The notes under the pieces were generated by a model. That model was not told where the DNA came from. It did no database searches and saw only the letters and a program-made list of their open reading frames with translations. 64,000 nt of DNA from Nitrospirota bacterium (GTDB lineage Bacteria > Nitrospirota > UBA9217). The stretch lies in contig CAVUCU010000004.1 in the NCBI GenBank assembly GCA_963740085.1, positions 64,001-128,000 on the forward strand, given 5' to 3'. Shown piece by piece: positions 20,741 to 30,886 of the stretch (its first letter is position 1; the number at the start of each line of letters is the position of its first letter). The position numbers were made by a program, and so were the translations under genes.

Positions 20741-22669
20741 ATGATTCTCGACAAAGTGAACAATGTTCAAGAACTAAGGACGCTGCCTCAGGCGGAACTG
20801 CCGGCGCTTGCCGAGGAAATCCGGCAGGAGATAATCGCGGTGGTGTCGAAGACCGGCGGTCACCTGGCCTCGAGCCTCGGGGTCGTGGACCTGACCATCG
20901 CCTTGCATTACGCCTTCGATACGCCGGATGACCGCATTGTCTGGGACGTGGGCCACCAGGCCTATGCGCATAAGATCCTTACCGGCAGACGGGATCGGTT
21001 CCCCTCACTCCGGCAGCACGGCGGGATCAGTGGTTTTCCGAAGCGCGAGGAAAGTTCTTACGACAATTTCGATGTCGGGCATGCAAGCACGTCCATATCC
21101 GCGGCCACCGGCATGATCGCAGCCAGAGACATCAAGGGCGAGAACTTCCGGGTGATCGCGGTTATTGGCGACGGGTCCATTTCAGCCGGGTTGGCATTCG
21201 AGGGAATGAACCAGGCGGGCCACCTGAAAAAAAACCTGATCGTCATCCTGAACGACAACGAGATGTCCATATCACCGAATGTCGGGGCACTCTCCTCTTA
21301 TCTCAGCAGAATGATGACCGGACATTTTTATACAAAGCTGCGGCAGGACGCCAAACACTTTTTGCAGGGCATCCCTCGGGTCGGTGAATCCATGTTCAAC
21401 CTGGCCAAGAGGGCCGAAGATTCCATCAAGGGTCTGATGGGACCGGGCATGCTGTTTGAAGACCTCGGTTTCCAGTATCTGGGGCCTCTTGACGGGCACA
21501 ATATCGACCAGCTCCTCCAGTCCTTTGAGAACATAAAGGATTATCCCTGGCCGGTGCTGGTCCACGTGATCACCCGGAAGGGGAAGGGTTGCGAGTTCGC
21601 GGAATGCAATCCGTCACAGTATCACGGCACACCGCCCTTCGATCCGGCGACGGGCAAGGTCGTATCAAAGAAACAACCCATCAAGAGCTACACCGAGGTG
21701 TTTGGCCAGACCATGATCAAGCTCGCCGAGGAGAACGACAAGATCGTCGCCATATCGGCGGCCATGTCCGAGGGTACCGGGCTCGACCTGTTTGCCGAAA
21801 AATTCCCCGAACGTTTTTTCGACGTGGGCATCGCCGAATCCCACGGCATCACCTTTGCGTGCGGCCTTGCGGTGGAAGGGATGCATCCGGTAGCGGCCAT
21901 TTATTCCACCTTTATGCAGCGCGCCTACGACCAGGTTGTGCACGATCTCTGTCTCCAGAACCTGCCGGTGACGCTCGCGCTTGACCGGGCTGGTCTCGTC
22001 GGAGAGGATGGACCGACACACCACGGTGTATTTGACATCGCATATCTTCGTCATGTCCCCAATATCGTCGTTATGGCGCCGAAGGATGAGAACGAACTGC
22101 AGCACATGATCAAGACCGCAATCGAATACGAGGGGCCCACGGCGGTTCGGTATCCTCGCGGCACCGGTAACGGCGTTCCCATGGACCAGGAACTAAAGAC
22201 TCTTGAGATCGGGAAAGCGGAGCTGATCAGGGAAGGGCGGGACGCCGCGATCATCGCCATCGGCACGATGGTCACCCCATCGATCGAAGCGGCCGAGAGA
22301 CTCTCCGCAGAGGGGATCTCCGTGGCGGTGATAAATGCGCGGTTCGTAAAACCGCTCGATAAAGACATGATCCTTTCCGTGGCGAAGAGAACAGGCCGGA
22401 TCGTAACGGTGGAGGAGCACGCGCTCCTGGGCGGTTTCGGCAGCGCCGTGCTCGAGTCTCTGGATGCACAAGGGGTGACGGGCATCAAAACCCACCGCAT
22501 CGGACTGCCGGACACGTATATCGAACACGGCCCGCAGGCCGTTCTCAGGCACAAATACGGCCTCGATGCGAGCGGTATCTTTTCTTCCGTCAAGGAGTTC
22601 GTTGAAAAGTCCCGTCCCAAAGCTGTTTCTCCTGTTACGCCGCTTCGGACAGTGGATGTGGAACGGTAA
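20741..22669 (+). CDS. dxs: 1-deoxy-D-xylulose-5-phosphate synthase
   Basis: [20 protein letters not shown]...NDN TPP motif, [15 protein letters not shown]. Confidence 0.97.
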   Translation: MILDKVNNVQELRTLPQAELPALAEEIRQEIIAVVSKTGGHLASSLGVVDLTIALHYAFDTPDDRIVWDVGHQAYAHKILTGRRDRFPSLRQHGGISGFPKREESSYDNFDVGHASTSISAATGMIAARDIKGENFRVIAVIGDGSISAGLAFEGMNQAGHLKKNLIVILNDNEMSISPNVGALSSYLSRMMTGHFYTKLRQDAKHFLQGIPRVGESMFNLAKRAEDSIKGLMGPGMLFEDLGFQYLGPLDGHNIDQLLQSFENIKDYPWPVLVHVITRKGKGCEFAECNPSQYHGTPPFDPATGKVVSKKQPIKSYTEVFGQTMIKLAEENDKIVAISAAMSEGTGLDLFAEKFPERFFDVGIAESHGITFACGLAVEGMHPVAAIYSTFMQRAYDQVVHDLCLQNLPVTLALDRAGLVGEDGPTHHGVFDIAYLRHVPNIVVMAPKDENELQHMIKTAIEYEGPTAVRYPRGTGNGVPMDQELKTLEIGKAELIREGRDAAIIAIGTMVTPSIEAAERLSAEGISVAVINARFVKPLDKDMILSVAKRTGRIVTVEEHALLGGFGSAVLESLDAQGVTGIKTHRIGLPDTYIEHGPQAVLRHKYGLDASGIFSSVKEFVEKSRPKAVSPVTPLRTVDVER

Positions 22670-22756
22670 GGTGAGCGCAAAAAATTCCCGCGCCGTTTCT
22701 TTGTCGCTGCTCTTTTTTACGGCGAGCACGTTGCGGGAATCGCCGGTTAAAGACCG

Positions 22757-23095
22757 CTATGGTTTTTCATATCCATAGTTCCCTGTTCGAATTTCCGTGA
22801 CCCTGCCGTTTTTCAGGACAACAATTCGTATAAACTGGCTCGGCCCGAGATTATATGTCCATTCTTCGACCGTTACGAGTACCTTTTGTTTGGTGTCCGC
22901 ACTGAGTCTCTGGGACACTTCTTCCTGATGGGAATCCCGAAAGTCAGGGTCACCGCATTTTGCCACCACATCGGCGCTTCTGTCGTCAGTTGAAATGATT
23001 CCGCCTTGACAGCTGAAAGAATCGGCGTATGCGTCAAGCCAGAGAAGTGTAAGCGTCAGGGCAAAAAGAACGGAAAGAAAGCCTGCTTTTCTCAT
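22757..23095 (-). CDS. DUF2845-like secreted protein
   Basis: Signal peptide, then FSCQGGIISTDD...VAKCGDP...EEWTYNLGP. Confidence 0.75.
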   Translation of the reverse strand: MRKAGFLSVLFALTLTLLWLDAYADSFSCQGGIISTDDRSADVVAKCGDPDFRDSHQEEVSQRLSADTKQKVLVTVEEWTYNLGPSQFIRIVVLKNGRVTEIRTGNYGYEKP

Positions 23096-23257
23096 ATGCA
23101 CAACCTCCGTGCGCAACGTTGATGACATCTGTATCTGAAAGTAGTTTAGATCAATCCGGGAGAAACATCAATAAAAAACCGATTTCGCAACGGTTGTCCG
23201 TTGACAGCCTTATCCGCTTCTGACAGGCTCATGTCACGAAGCGTATGATGCGAACTT

Positions 23258-24030
23258 ATGTTTATCGCGATGAACAAGCAGGCAAATAAAAAAACAAGCA
23301 AGATACGCATCGATCGTCTGCTCGTTGAACGGGGACTGGTGGAAAGCCGTGAACGTGCCCAGTCGCTGATCATTGCCGGTCAGGTGCTGGTGAACGAACA
23401 GAAACAGGACAAGTCGGGAGCGATGGTTCCCGAAGGTGCAGAGATCCGCATCCTCGGTGGACAGCTTCCCTACGTGAGCCGGGGTGGACTGAAGCTTGAG
23501 TCAGCATTAAAAGAATTCAAGGTGTCCGTTTCAGGTAAGACAGCCCTCGATGTGGGAGCGTCGACCGGCGGCTTTACCGACTGCCTGCTCCAGCATGGAT
23601 GCAAAAAGGTCTATGCCGTGGACGTGGGCTACGGCCAGATGGCGTGGAAGCTCAGGCAAGATCCCCGCGTGGTCGTTATCGAGCGCACCAACATTCGCAC
23701 AATGGACCCGTCGCTCATCCCGGTGCCCGTCGATATCGTGGTGATCGATGCTTCGTTCATCTCCCTCGAAAAAATCATTCCTTCCGTTCTGCGGTTTGTC
23801 GGGCCAGAATCGGAACTGATAGCGCTCATCAAGCCTCAGTTCGAAGTCGGGAAGGGGCAGGTGGGGAAGGGGGGTATCGTGCGGGATGAGGGCATGAGGA
23901 TAGCTGTTGTCGAGAAGATCGGGCTTTTTTCCACGAAACAGGTCTCAAGGTCACCGGCGTGATCCAGTCGCCGATTACCGGACAGGATGGAAATGTGGAA
24001 TATCTTCTTCACGCGTTTAAGCGTGAATAA
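23258..24030 (+). CDS. tlyA: TlyA rRNA 2'-O-methyltransferase (apparent single-base deletion near 23925-23930)
   Basis: S4 domain, YVSRGGLKL, DVGASTGGFTD, LIKPQFE. The conserved SPITGQDGNVEYL tail lies in another frame after a T6 run and stops at 24030. Confidence 0.9.
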
Positions 24031-24034
24031 GATA

Positions 24035-24067
24035 TAGTTCGGAGCAATGAGTTCGGAGTTGGGAGTT
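24035..24067. repeat. Left heptamer arm flanking the four-helix-bundle gene
   Basis: AGTTCGG AGCAATG AGTTCGG AGTTGGG AGTT. Confidence 0.85.
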
Positions 24068-24087
24068 AATATACAGGGTAGGGTGAA

Positions 24088-24445
24088 ATGCGTGACGAGC
24101 TTTTTGATTTTGAAAACCTGAAGGTTTATCAACGAGCGTTGGAATATGTTGATTTTGTCTACAGGGTTACTAAAGCCTTTCCGAAAGAGGAACTATTTTC
24201 CCTTACCGATCAGTTCGGAAGAGCTGCGACATCTATATGCCTGAACATTGCAGAAGGCAGCGGCGGGAGCAAGCCGGAGATTCAATCAATATGTAAAAAT
24301 AGCACGAAGATCGACGAGAGAATGCGTTGCGATTAGTGAGATATCTTGCAGGCAATCCTATTTTGATGAAGAAACGAAAACACAATCGAGAATGTTCTGC
24401 ACAGAAATATCGAAAATGCTGAGCGGGCTTATGAAGTCACTTTGA
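24088..24445 (+). CDS. Four-helix-bundle protein (TIGR02436 / 23S rRNA IVS protein family), frameshifted at ~24280
   Basis: FENLKVYQRA, FPKEELFSLTDQFGRAATSICLNIAEG, continuing in the next frame as FNQYVKIARRSTREC...ISKMLSGLMKSL. Confidence 0.85.
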
Positions 24446-24454
24446 AGGCAATTC

Positions 24455-24494
24455 GCTCCGAACTAATTACTCCGAACTCCCAACTCCTGACTCC
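24455..24494. repeat. Right heptamer arm (inverted) flanking the four-helix-bundle gene
   Basis: GCTCCGAACTAATTACTCCGAACTCCCAACTCCTGACTCC, complementary to 24035-24067. Confidence 0.85.
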
Positions 24495-24501
24495 CTACGC
24501 A

Positions 24502-25290
24502 TCACGCCGTTAAGCGGCCCGCGAACTCTTCCCCCAGAACCACGATCGACTCGATGTCCAGATAACGCGGCGCGGTCTTGTCCAGGAGCAGCCGGCATTG
24601 TGCGGGGAAATTATCATCAGGAACGGCATCATAGAACAGCAACAGCGCCGGATAGTGAGGGAAGAAACGGAATTCAAATGCAGCGTCGTGATTCCCTTGT
24701 ATCGTTGCTTCGTTACCACCGAACCTCAAGCATGCTTCTTTCAGCGCATCGACCTTTCCTGAAAAATGCCCGGCGATCACATCCTCAACATGGCCGGCCC
24801 AGGCCTTGTCCTTTGCGTGGGATGCAGGCACCGAGCCGAAGGTTATCCACTCTCCTGAAGGGGCCGGTGGATCAGGCATGCAAAGGTGGTTGGAGATCAG
24901 TATGGATATCCAGGGCCTCGGTTCCCTGCCTCCAGCGTCAATGATCTTCTCTTTCGTGATGAGATAATTCTCGTTCAGGAACCTGATCGCAAGCTCATCG
25001 TGACCAATGAGGGTGGCGCCGAACAGGGACGCAACTTTCTTGAAATCCAACGCACGGACCCTGGGTTGCAATGCTGCCAGTGCCTGCTCATACACGGTGC
25101 CCGGCGAGTCGCGTTGTCCAATGTCCGCCTCCCGGAGAGACACGCGCCCGGCCTCGGTCATCGAGGGGCACGCATCCGGCGATGCCTGGCCGGTTGCCAG
25201 CTTCGCGGCGAAACCGAAACAGCTTGGGAGTCCGCACCGGCCGCAATTGGTCTTCGGCAGGAGCCTGTAGATCTCGACCGCGGTCTTCAT
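24502..25290 (-). CDS. Fe-S domain plus DUF3786 protein
   Basis: LPKTNCGRCGLPSCFGFA...CP Fe-S domain; C-terminal DDNFPAQCRLLLD...LDIES. Confidence 0.85.
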   Translation of the reverse strand: MKTAVEIYRLLPKTNCGRCGLPSCFGFAAKLATGQASPDACPSMTEAGRVSLREADIGQRDSPGTVYEQALAALQPRVRALDFKKVASLFGATLIGHDELAIRFLNENYLITKEKIIDAGGREPRPWISILISNHLCMPDPPAPSGEWITFGSVPASHAKDKAWAGHVEDVIAGHFSGKVDALKEACLRFGGNEATIQGNHDAAFEFRFFPHYPALLLFYDAVPDDNFPAQCRLLLDKTAPRYLDIESIVVLGEEFAGRLTA

Positions 25291-25296
25291 GACGGT

Positions 25297-25325
25297 ACCT
25301 TACTGCCTTTTGATCTTCCTGTCAA
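25297..25325 (-). promoter_or_regulatory. sigma70 promoter, probably giving a leaderless mRNA
   Basis: Minus strand TTGACA, 17-nt spacer, TAAGGT, 6 nt, ATG. Confidence 0.65.
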
Positions 25326-25418
25326 ATGACCTGGATCATGCATCCTTCACTCTCTTGACTTCTTTCCTTTCCGTTGTTAGTATCCGTTATCCATCGTGCG
25401 CACCCAGGAGGGCCCTTC

Positions 25419-25844
25419 ATGGAATGGACGGAGAAGCTGGCGACCGGCATCAGCACGATCGACAGCCAGCACAAAGAGCTGTTCAAACGGATCAACAACC
25501 TCGTTAACGCCATCAAACAGCAGCGCTGCAAATCCGAGATCGACGGGACGATAAAGTTCCTTGATGATTACGCGCGGTTACACTTTTCCGAGGAGGAAAA
25601 ACATATGCGCGAGTCGAACTACGGGGGGCTGGAGGAGCAGCGGGAGGATCACAAAAAATATCTTGCCGCGCTTGCAGATCTGAAGGAACAGGCGTCGCTG
25701 CCACGGATACAGGGCGGCTCCTATGATCTTTCCGCCACCACGAACCAGGTGGTGGTGGACTGGATCGTCGACCATATCATGAAGGTGGACATGAGGTTCG
25801 GCGGAGTTCCTGAAAAGCGGGAAGAGTTCGGTAAAATGAGTTAG
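25419..25844 (+). CDS. Bacteriohemerythrin
   Basis: W..KLATGISTIDSQHKEL, HFSEEE, H, WIVDHIMKVD; SD CAGGAGG. A probable extra G near 25803 shifts the tail (expected FGEFLK). Confidence 0.9.
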   Translation: MEWTEKLATGISTIDSQHKELFKRINNLVNAIKQQRCKSEIDGTIKFLDDYARLHFSEEEKHMRESNYGGLEEQREDHKKYLAALADLKEQASLPRIQGGSYDLSATTNQVVVDWIVDHIMKVDMRFGGVPEKREEFGKMS

Positions 25845-25893
25845 GAGCCGGAAATCAAATGATCTTCCGGATTTTAATCCAATACGCACTTGA

Positions 25894-28800
25894 TTAATGT
25901 CTGTCCAGTATTTCCCGGACCTTCTTTAAAAAATCCGAAGGGCTGATGGGTTTCATGACGAAATCGAGGCCGGCTTCGAGGATCCCTTTTCTGCTCACGG
26001 ATTCAGTCGTATATCCGCTCATGAACAGAACCTTGATATCCGGGCGGATCTTTTTTATCTCCAGATACGCTTCCTTCCCGTTCTTCTTCGGCATGATGAT
26101 ATCGAATACGAGGAGATCGATCCGATTCCTGTTGGCGAAGAACTTCTGCACGGCGTCCTCACCATCAGCGGTTTCAATAACCTGGTAGCCGGAGCCTTCC
26201 AACACATATCTGGCGAGGTCACGTACGGTTTTGTCGTCCTCCGCTAAAAGCACGGTCTCCGTTCCCCGAGTGATCTCGGCATGGGCAGGGGCCGGCTTGT
26301 CGACGGAAGCCGTGGCGAGCAAGGGCAGGTATATGTCAAACGTCGTCCCTTTTTCCGGTTCGCTGCAAACAGTGATATAACCATTGTGCTGCTTTATGAT
26401 GCCGTATACCATCGAGAGACCCAGTCCGGTGCCTTTCCCGACCTCCTTGGTCGTAAAAAATGGCTCGAAGACCCTGCATCTGATGTTCTCATCCATGCCG
26501 ATCCCGGTATCCGCTACCGACAGGCATGCGTACTTCCCTGGCCTCCCGAAGGAATTGATCCTGATAAAGTCCTCTCCCAGCGTAGCCTTTTTCGTTTCTA
26601 TCCGCAATAGCCCGCCGTTCGGCATGGCATCCCGCGCATTGGCGGCAAGGTTCATCAGGACCTGTTCGATGTGTATGCTGTCGGCCAAAACCGACAGATC
26701 TTCTTCTGCGAGCATGGTCTTGAATTCGATGTCCTCGCCGATGACCCTTTGCAGCAGATACCCCGCCCGCCCGATAATGCCGTTCAGGCCGGCCGGTTTC
26801 AGGTCAAGGATCTGCTTCCGGCTGAAGGCAAGGAGGCTCCGCGTCAGATGGGCTGCCCGTTCGGAAGAGGAGATGATCTGCTCCGCAAACAGATGTTCCT
26901 GGCTGCCTTCTTCCATCTTCATCAGGAGCAGATGGCTGTATCCGATGATCGCCGTCAGAATATTGTTGAAGTCATGGGCTATCCCGCCCGCAAGCTGACC
27001 CACAGCCTCCATCTTCTGCGCCTGGCGGAGCTGGTTTTCGAGGAGTTTCAACTGGGTGATGTCGGTTATCAGGCCGTCGTAGGCTATCAGGCGTCCTTCA
27101 TCGTCATATCGCGAGACCGGCGCGTTCCTGACCCAGCGGATGGAGCCGTCCTTGTGAACGATCCTGTGTTCAAAGGAGGATGCAGGCGCTCCTGAAAGGA
27201 TCTTGGCCGTCTTTGCGATAACAGCCTGTCTGTCCGCATCGAATATCATGCGATACCAAAGGCCGGGATCTGCCTGGTGTTCCGCCGAGGTGTAGCCGGT
27301 CACGTTAGCGCAGCCCGGGCCGTGATAGATTGAGATCGCATGCCCGTTTTCAACAATGACCGTATAGATGTAATCCGTTACCGACTCGACGAGATGCTTG
27401 TAGCGTTTTTCACTGTCCGACAGGGCACTGAGCGTTTCCTTCCGGGATTCTTCAACGCCGATAGCGGACGCGACGATCCCCAGGAACTTCAGCTCATCTT
27501 CGGCAAGCAGTGGATCAATTTGATAAACCACGCAGAGTGAACCGACGAAGACGCCGCCGAAGGACACGGCCTTGCCAATATAGGTCTGTAATCCGTAGCG
27601 ACCCACGTTCGGATCTGTTTGTGCGTAGGGAGTTGCCGGAAGGTCCCGGATCACGCAAACATCCTCCGCTCCCTTTTTGATAACATCGTAGCAAATATGG
27701 CCGTCGGGCTTATCTCTGGGTTCAAAGTCCGGCGGCGTGTTCCATTGTCCCAGCGCGTACAGGGTGTTCCCTTCCAGACGATTGTAAAGCGCGCAGGTTG
27801 CATCCAGCTGTTCCCCGCATAAGGCAACGAGACGATTGATGTTCACATCCGGGTCGGGTCCGAAACTTAAGAGACACTCGTTCAACATTGACAGCCGCTT
27901 TTCCGATTGTTTGCGCGCGGTGACATCCTGAACAGCTGAGATCATCATGTCCTGCTCGGATAAGGGAATATTGAAGGCAGTGACGAGCTTCTTTTTCCCC
28001 GTCATGGTCGTTATTTCTATGTTTTCCCATCGCATCCTTGACGGATCACCGCTGGAAATATCGGACAAGATCCTGTCTCTTATCTCTGTTCTGTAAGCAG
28101 GGTCCGGATATACATGATTGAAAAATTCTTCCACATTCACAAGAACATTTTTGGGCCAGCCGTATATTTCTTCGAAGGCGGTGTTCATGTAGATTGTTTT
28201 GCCGTCTGTGATGCTGTGCACTGCAAGCCCGATCGGAAGATTGATCATGACCGCTTCAATGAACGCATTGCGCTTGGTAAGGTCAATTTCCATCTTCTTT
28301 CTCAGAGATATGTCCCTGACCAGCTCGATCCCTGCCACGATCTTGCCGGTTTCGTCCCTGAGAGGAGATGCGGTTATTTGAAGATAGCGCGTTCCCTGAT
28401 CGCTCAAATGGGTCCGTTCGGCTGAATGAATCCTTCCGTCCTGAAAGGTTTCTTCCAGGATGCAAGATGGGCACACGGAGTCGCGGTGCTGATATGCCTG
28501 GTAACAATATTCTCCAATATGGTTGCCATATATGTCCTTGTGGACCTGGTTCTCGTAGATTATCTTGAAGGACGTGTCACAGATGGTGAGTCCTTCGCCG
28601 ATCGCCGCGAGAATAGCCTGTGATCTGTTCCTTTCGTTGATCAGTGCGATCTCGGTATTCTTCTTCGCCGTAATATCCTGGCCGATGCTTGTCGTTGCGA
28701 TGACGTTCCCCTCAGAACCGTGGAGAACGGTGTTGCTCCAGGCGATGGTTCGGCGTTCCCCTGATCTCGTGATGATCTCGTTCTCAAACTGCCTGGGGAA

Positions 28801-30423
28801 TTCCGCAGTCAGGACCGTATTGAGAAAGACGTCCTTGACACGATCCCGAACCCCCTCGGGAAGAAAGTATGCGAACCAGTCCTGACCCAGTACCTCATCT
28901 CTGCGCCAGCCGGTCAGCTCAAGCAGAAAGTCATTGCAGAAAATGATGGTCCCGTTCAAATCCAGGTTAACGGCCAGCAGCTGGACGCCCTGAAGCATCT
29001 CGTGATAGCGTTGCTCCGAATCACGCAAAATCCTTGCCGCCAGCTTGCGTTCGGTGATGTCCCGGATGATGCTCTGGAAGAAACTCTTCCCCTTGACCTC
29101 GATGACGCGGGAACTGACCTCAACGGGAAATGTCGAGCCGTCTTTTCGCCTGTGCTCGGTCTCAAAAATAAAACCGTCATGGTCGCGTATCTGCTGCATC
29201 TGCGCGCTAACTTCGTCGACCGATTCGACGGACCGGAGGTCCCTGATGGAAAGGCGCAGCAGTTCATTGCGCGAATAGCCGTATACCCGAAGCGCACGAT
29301 CATTGGCCTGCAAGATCTTTCCTCCGGGTTCGATGAGCATGATAATATCGTTCGCATACCTGCTCAGATAGTCATATTGGCGTGTCAGGAGATCATGCTC
29401 GATCTCAGCCTGGTATTGCAAACGATCGTTCTCTGCTTTTTTTTGCCTCCACCAGAAGCTTATGATCAGTCCCATAGCAGAGATAAGCATGATCGTCACA
29501 AAGGACATGAGCCGGCCCTGTGCGCGGACGGGTGCGTAAATTTCCTCGATATCCATCTTGGAGACCAGAAACCAGGGAGTATCGGGAATTGCCCGCGTCG
29601 ATGCAAGGACCGGTACCGAACGGTAATCGATGCCTTCGAACGTGCCCTGGAGTCCTTGCAATGCCAAGGCCGCGGGCAAGCGCTCGTTGCCCAGCGGGAT
29701 GCGCAGGGTGAGGGCGGTATTTTTTTTGTGGCGGAGCTCGTTCAGAAAGAGGACATTGTCTCCCTCCTTGCGGATGAGCAGCGTCTCAGCGCTCCTGCTT
29801 GTCCCGGGCCATGTCCTGAGCAGCGGGTAGAGGAATTCCTCCGGATTGAGCCGGATGAAAATAGCGCCGAGCGGAATGGCCTTATTTCCTTCATGCATGA
29901 TGAGCGGTGAGGCAATATCGAGGTGAGGAAGCGTATAGCCCGAGCCCTTATGAAAATCGGACATCATCACCTTTTGAGATCGCAGTGCTTCTTGTACCAA
30001 CGTTGCAGCACGAATGCCGATCGTTGTATCCTTGGGCGAGGTGGCCAGCAGTACTGCTCCCCGGGGGTCAACAAGGAGGATGTCTTTGTAGTTAGGGTTC
30101 TGCTCGAATGATTTCATCCACTGAACGATCTCGCGCCGGGCGAAGGATGATCCAGGGTGTTGCAGCAGCCGCTGGACCGCTGATACGATGATGGCATTAT
30201 GGGCAATCGAGTTTGCATCATAGATGCGTTCATTGCGCCAGTTGGCGATCTGATTGACCTTCAGATCCGCGATGGCCGAGAGCTCGTCCTGGATGTTCTT
30301 TTTGATCTGCTGTTTTTGAAAATCGTAGTAGACGTACCCGGCAATCCCAATGCAGAGCGCCAGGATGAGGAAAAGGATGAAAAGTCGAGACTGTGTATGT
30401 CCGAAGTCAGGACGCAGTGACAT
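25894..30423 (-). CDS. Hybrid sensor histidine kinase (periplasmic Cache-like, multiple PAS, GAF, HisKA, HATPase, REC)
   Basis: Two TMs, repeated PAS/PAC motifs, AHDFNN, NARDAM, DTGIG, FFTTK, GTGLGL, C-terminal REC (EDD, D, KP). Confidence 0.93.
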   Translation of the reverse strand: MSLRPDFGHTQSRLFILFLILALCIGIAGYVYYDFQKQQIKKNIQDELSAIADLKVNQIANWRNERIYDANSIAHNAIIVSAVQRLLQHPGSSFARREIVQWMKSFEQNPNYKDILLVDPRGAVLLATSPKDTTIGIRAATLVQEALRSQKVMMSDFHKGSGYTLPHLDIASPLIMHEGNKAIPLGAIFIRLNPEEFLYPLLRTWPGTSRSAETLLIRKEGDNVLFLNELRHKKNTALTLRIPLGNERLPAALALQGLQGTFEGIDYRSVPVLASTRAIPDTPWFLVSKMDIEEIYAPVRAQGRLMSFVTIMLISAMGLIISFWWRQKKAENDRLQYQAEIEHDLLTRQYDYLSRYANDIIMLIEPGGKILQANDRALRVYGYSRNELLRLSIRDLRSVESVDEVSAQMQQIRDHDGFIFETEHRRKDGSTFPVEVSSRVIEVKGKSFFQSIIRDITERKLAARILRDSEQRYHEMLQGVQLLAVNLDLNGTIIFCNDFLLELTGWRRDEVLGQDWFAYFLPEGVRDRVKDVFLNTVLTAEFPRQFENEIITRSGERRTIAWSNTVLHGSEGNVIATTSIGQDITAKKNTEIALINERNRSQAILAAIGEGLTICDTSFKIIYENQVHKDIYGNHIGEYCYQAYQHRDSVCPSCILEETFQDGRIHSAERTHLSDQGTRYLQITASPLRDETGKIVAGIELVRDISLRKKMEIDLTKRNAFIEAVMINLPIGLAVHSITDGKTIYMNTAFEEIYGWPKNVLVNVEEFFNHVYPDPAYRTEIRDRILSDISSGDPSRMRWENIEITTMTGKKKLVTAFNIPLSEQDMMISAVQDVTARKQSEKRLSMLNECLLSFGPDPDVNINRLVALCGEQLDATCALYNRLEGNTLYALGQWNTPPDFEPRDKPDGHICYDVIKKGAEDVCVIRDLPATPYAQTDPNVGRYGLQTYIGKAVSFGGVFVGSLCVVYQIDPLLAEDELKFLGIVASAIGVEESRKETLSALSDSEKRYKHLVESVTDYIYTVIVENGHAISIYHGPGCANVTGYTSAEHQADPGLWYRMIFDADRQAVIAKTAKILSGAPASSFEHRIVHKDGSIRWVRNAPVSRYDDEGRLIAYDGLITDITQLKLLENQLRQAQKMEAVGQLAGGIAHDFNNILTAIIGYSHLLLMKMEEGSQEHLFAEQIISSSERAAHLTRSLLAFSRKQILDLKPAGLNGIIGRAGYLLQRVIGEDIEFKTMLAEEDLSVLADSIHIEQVLMNLAANARDAMPNGGLLRIETKKATLGEDFIRINSFGRPGKYACLSVADTGIGMDENIRCRVFEPFFTTKEVGKGTGLGLSMVYGIIKQHNGYITVCSEPEKGTTFDIYLPLLATASVDKPAPAHAEITRGTETVLLAEDDKTVRDLARYVLEGSGYQVIETADGEDAVQKFFANRNRIDLLVFDIIMPKKNGKEAYLEIKKIRPDIKVLFMSGYTTESVSRKGILEAGLDFVMKPISPSDFLKKVREILDRH

Positions 30424-30886
30424 GAAGGGGCGCCTCTTTTCGTCGTAAGTGTTCGATATCGAAGAGTATTGGTACTACAACGATGGCCTGGAATGATCGA
30501 AATGCACGACACGAATTCGCTCACCATACCCAACGCGTCGTCATCCTGAAGGTTTTAATCAGAAATCAGGCGGTCTTCAACTGCCCTGTACCCCGGGTCG
30601 GGACGTTCGGGGACAACGGATAGTGGTTGCGGAATGGTCATGGTCATTGATGAACCGATTTTATCAGACAGTGTTCGTTTTGTCAATGAAGCCATACCCT
30701 TATAGATATCAACCCGCTCAGGGTGATCGAGCTCAGAATGCCCTTGATGCTGCAACCGCCGCAATGAGCCAAACAGGACACGATCATGCTTCTCAAAGAC
30801 ACTTTTCGTTTGATTTTATCCCGCCGTGATGTTATTATTTTCGGCACTGCTCAAAAAGAGCAGAATGTCACGAGGTTGCCGACAAA

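Noticed and set aside
30424-30886. 460-nt divergent intergenic region as an ncRNA
   Set aside because: Only promoter-like boxes were seen, with no convincing extended structure or known motif.
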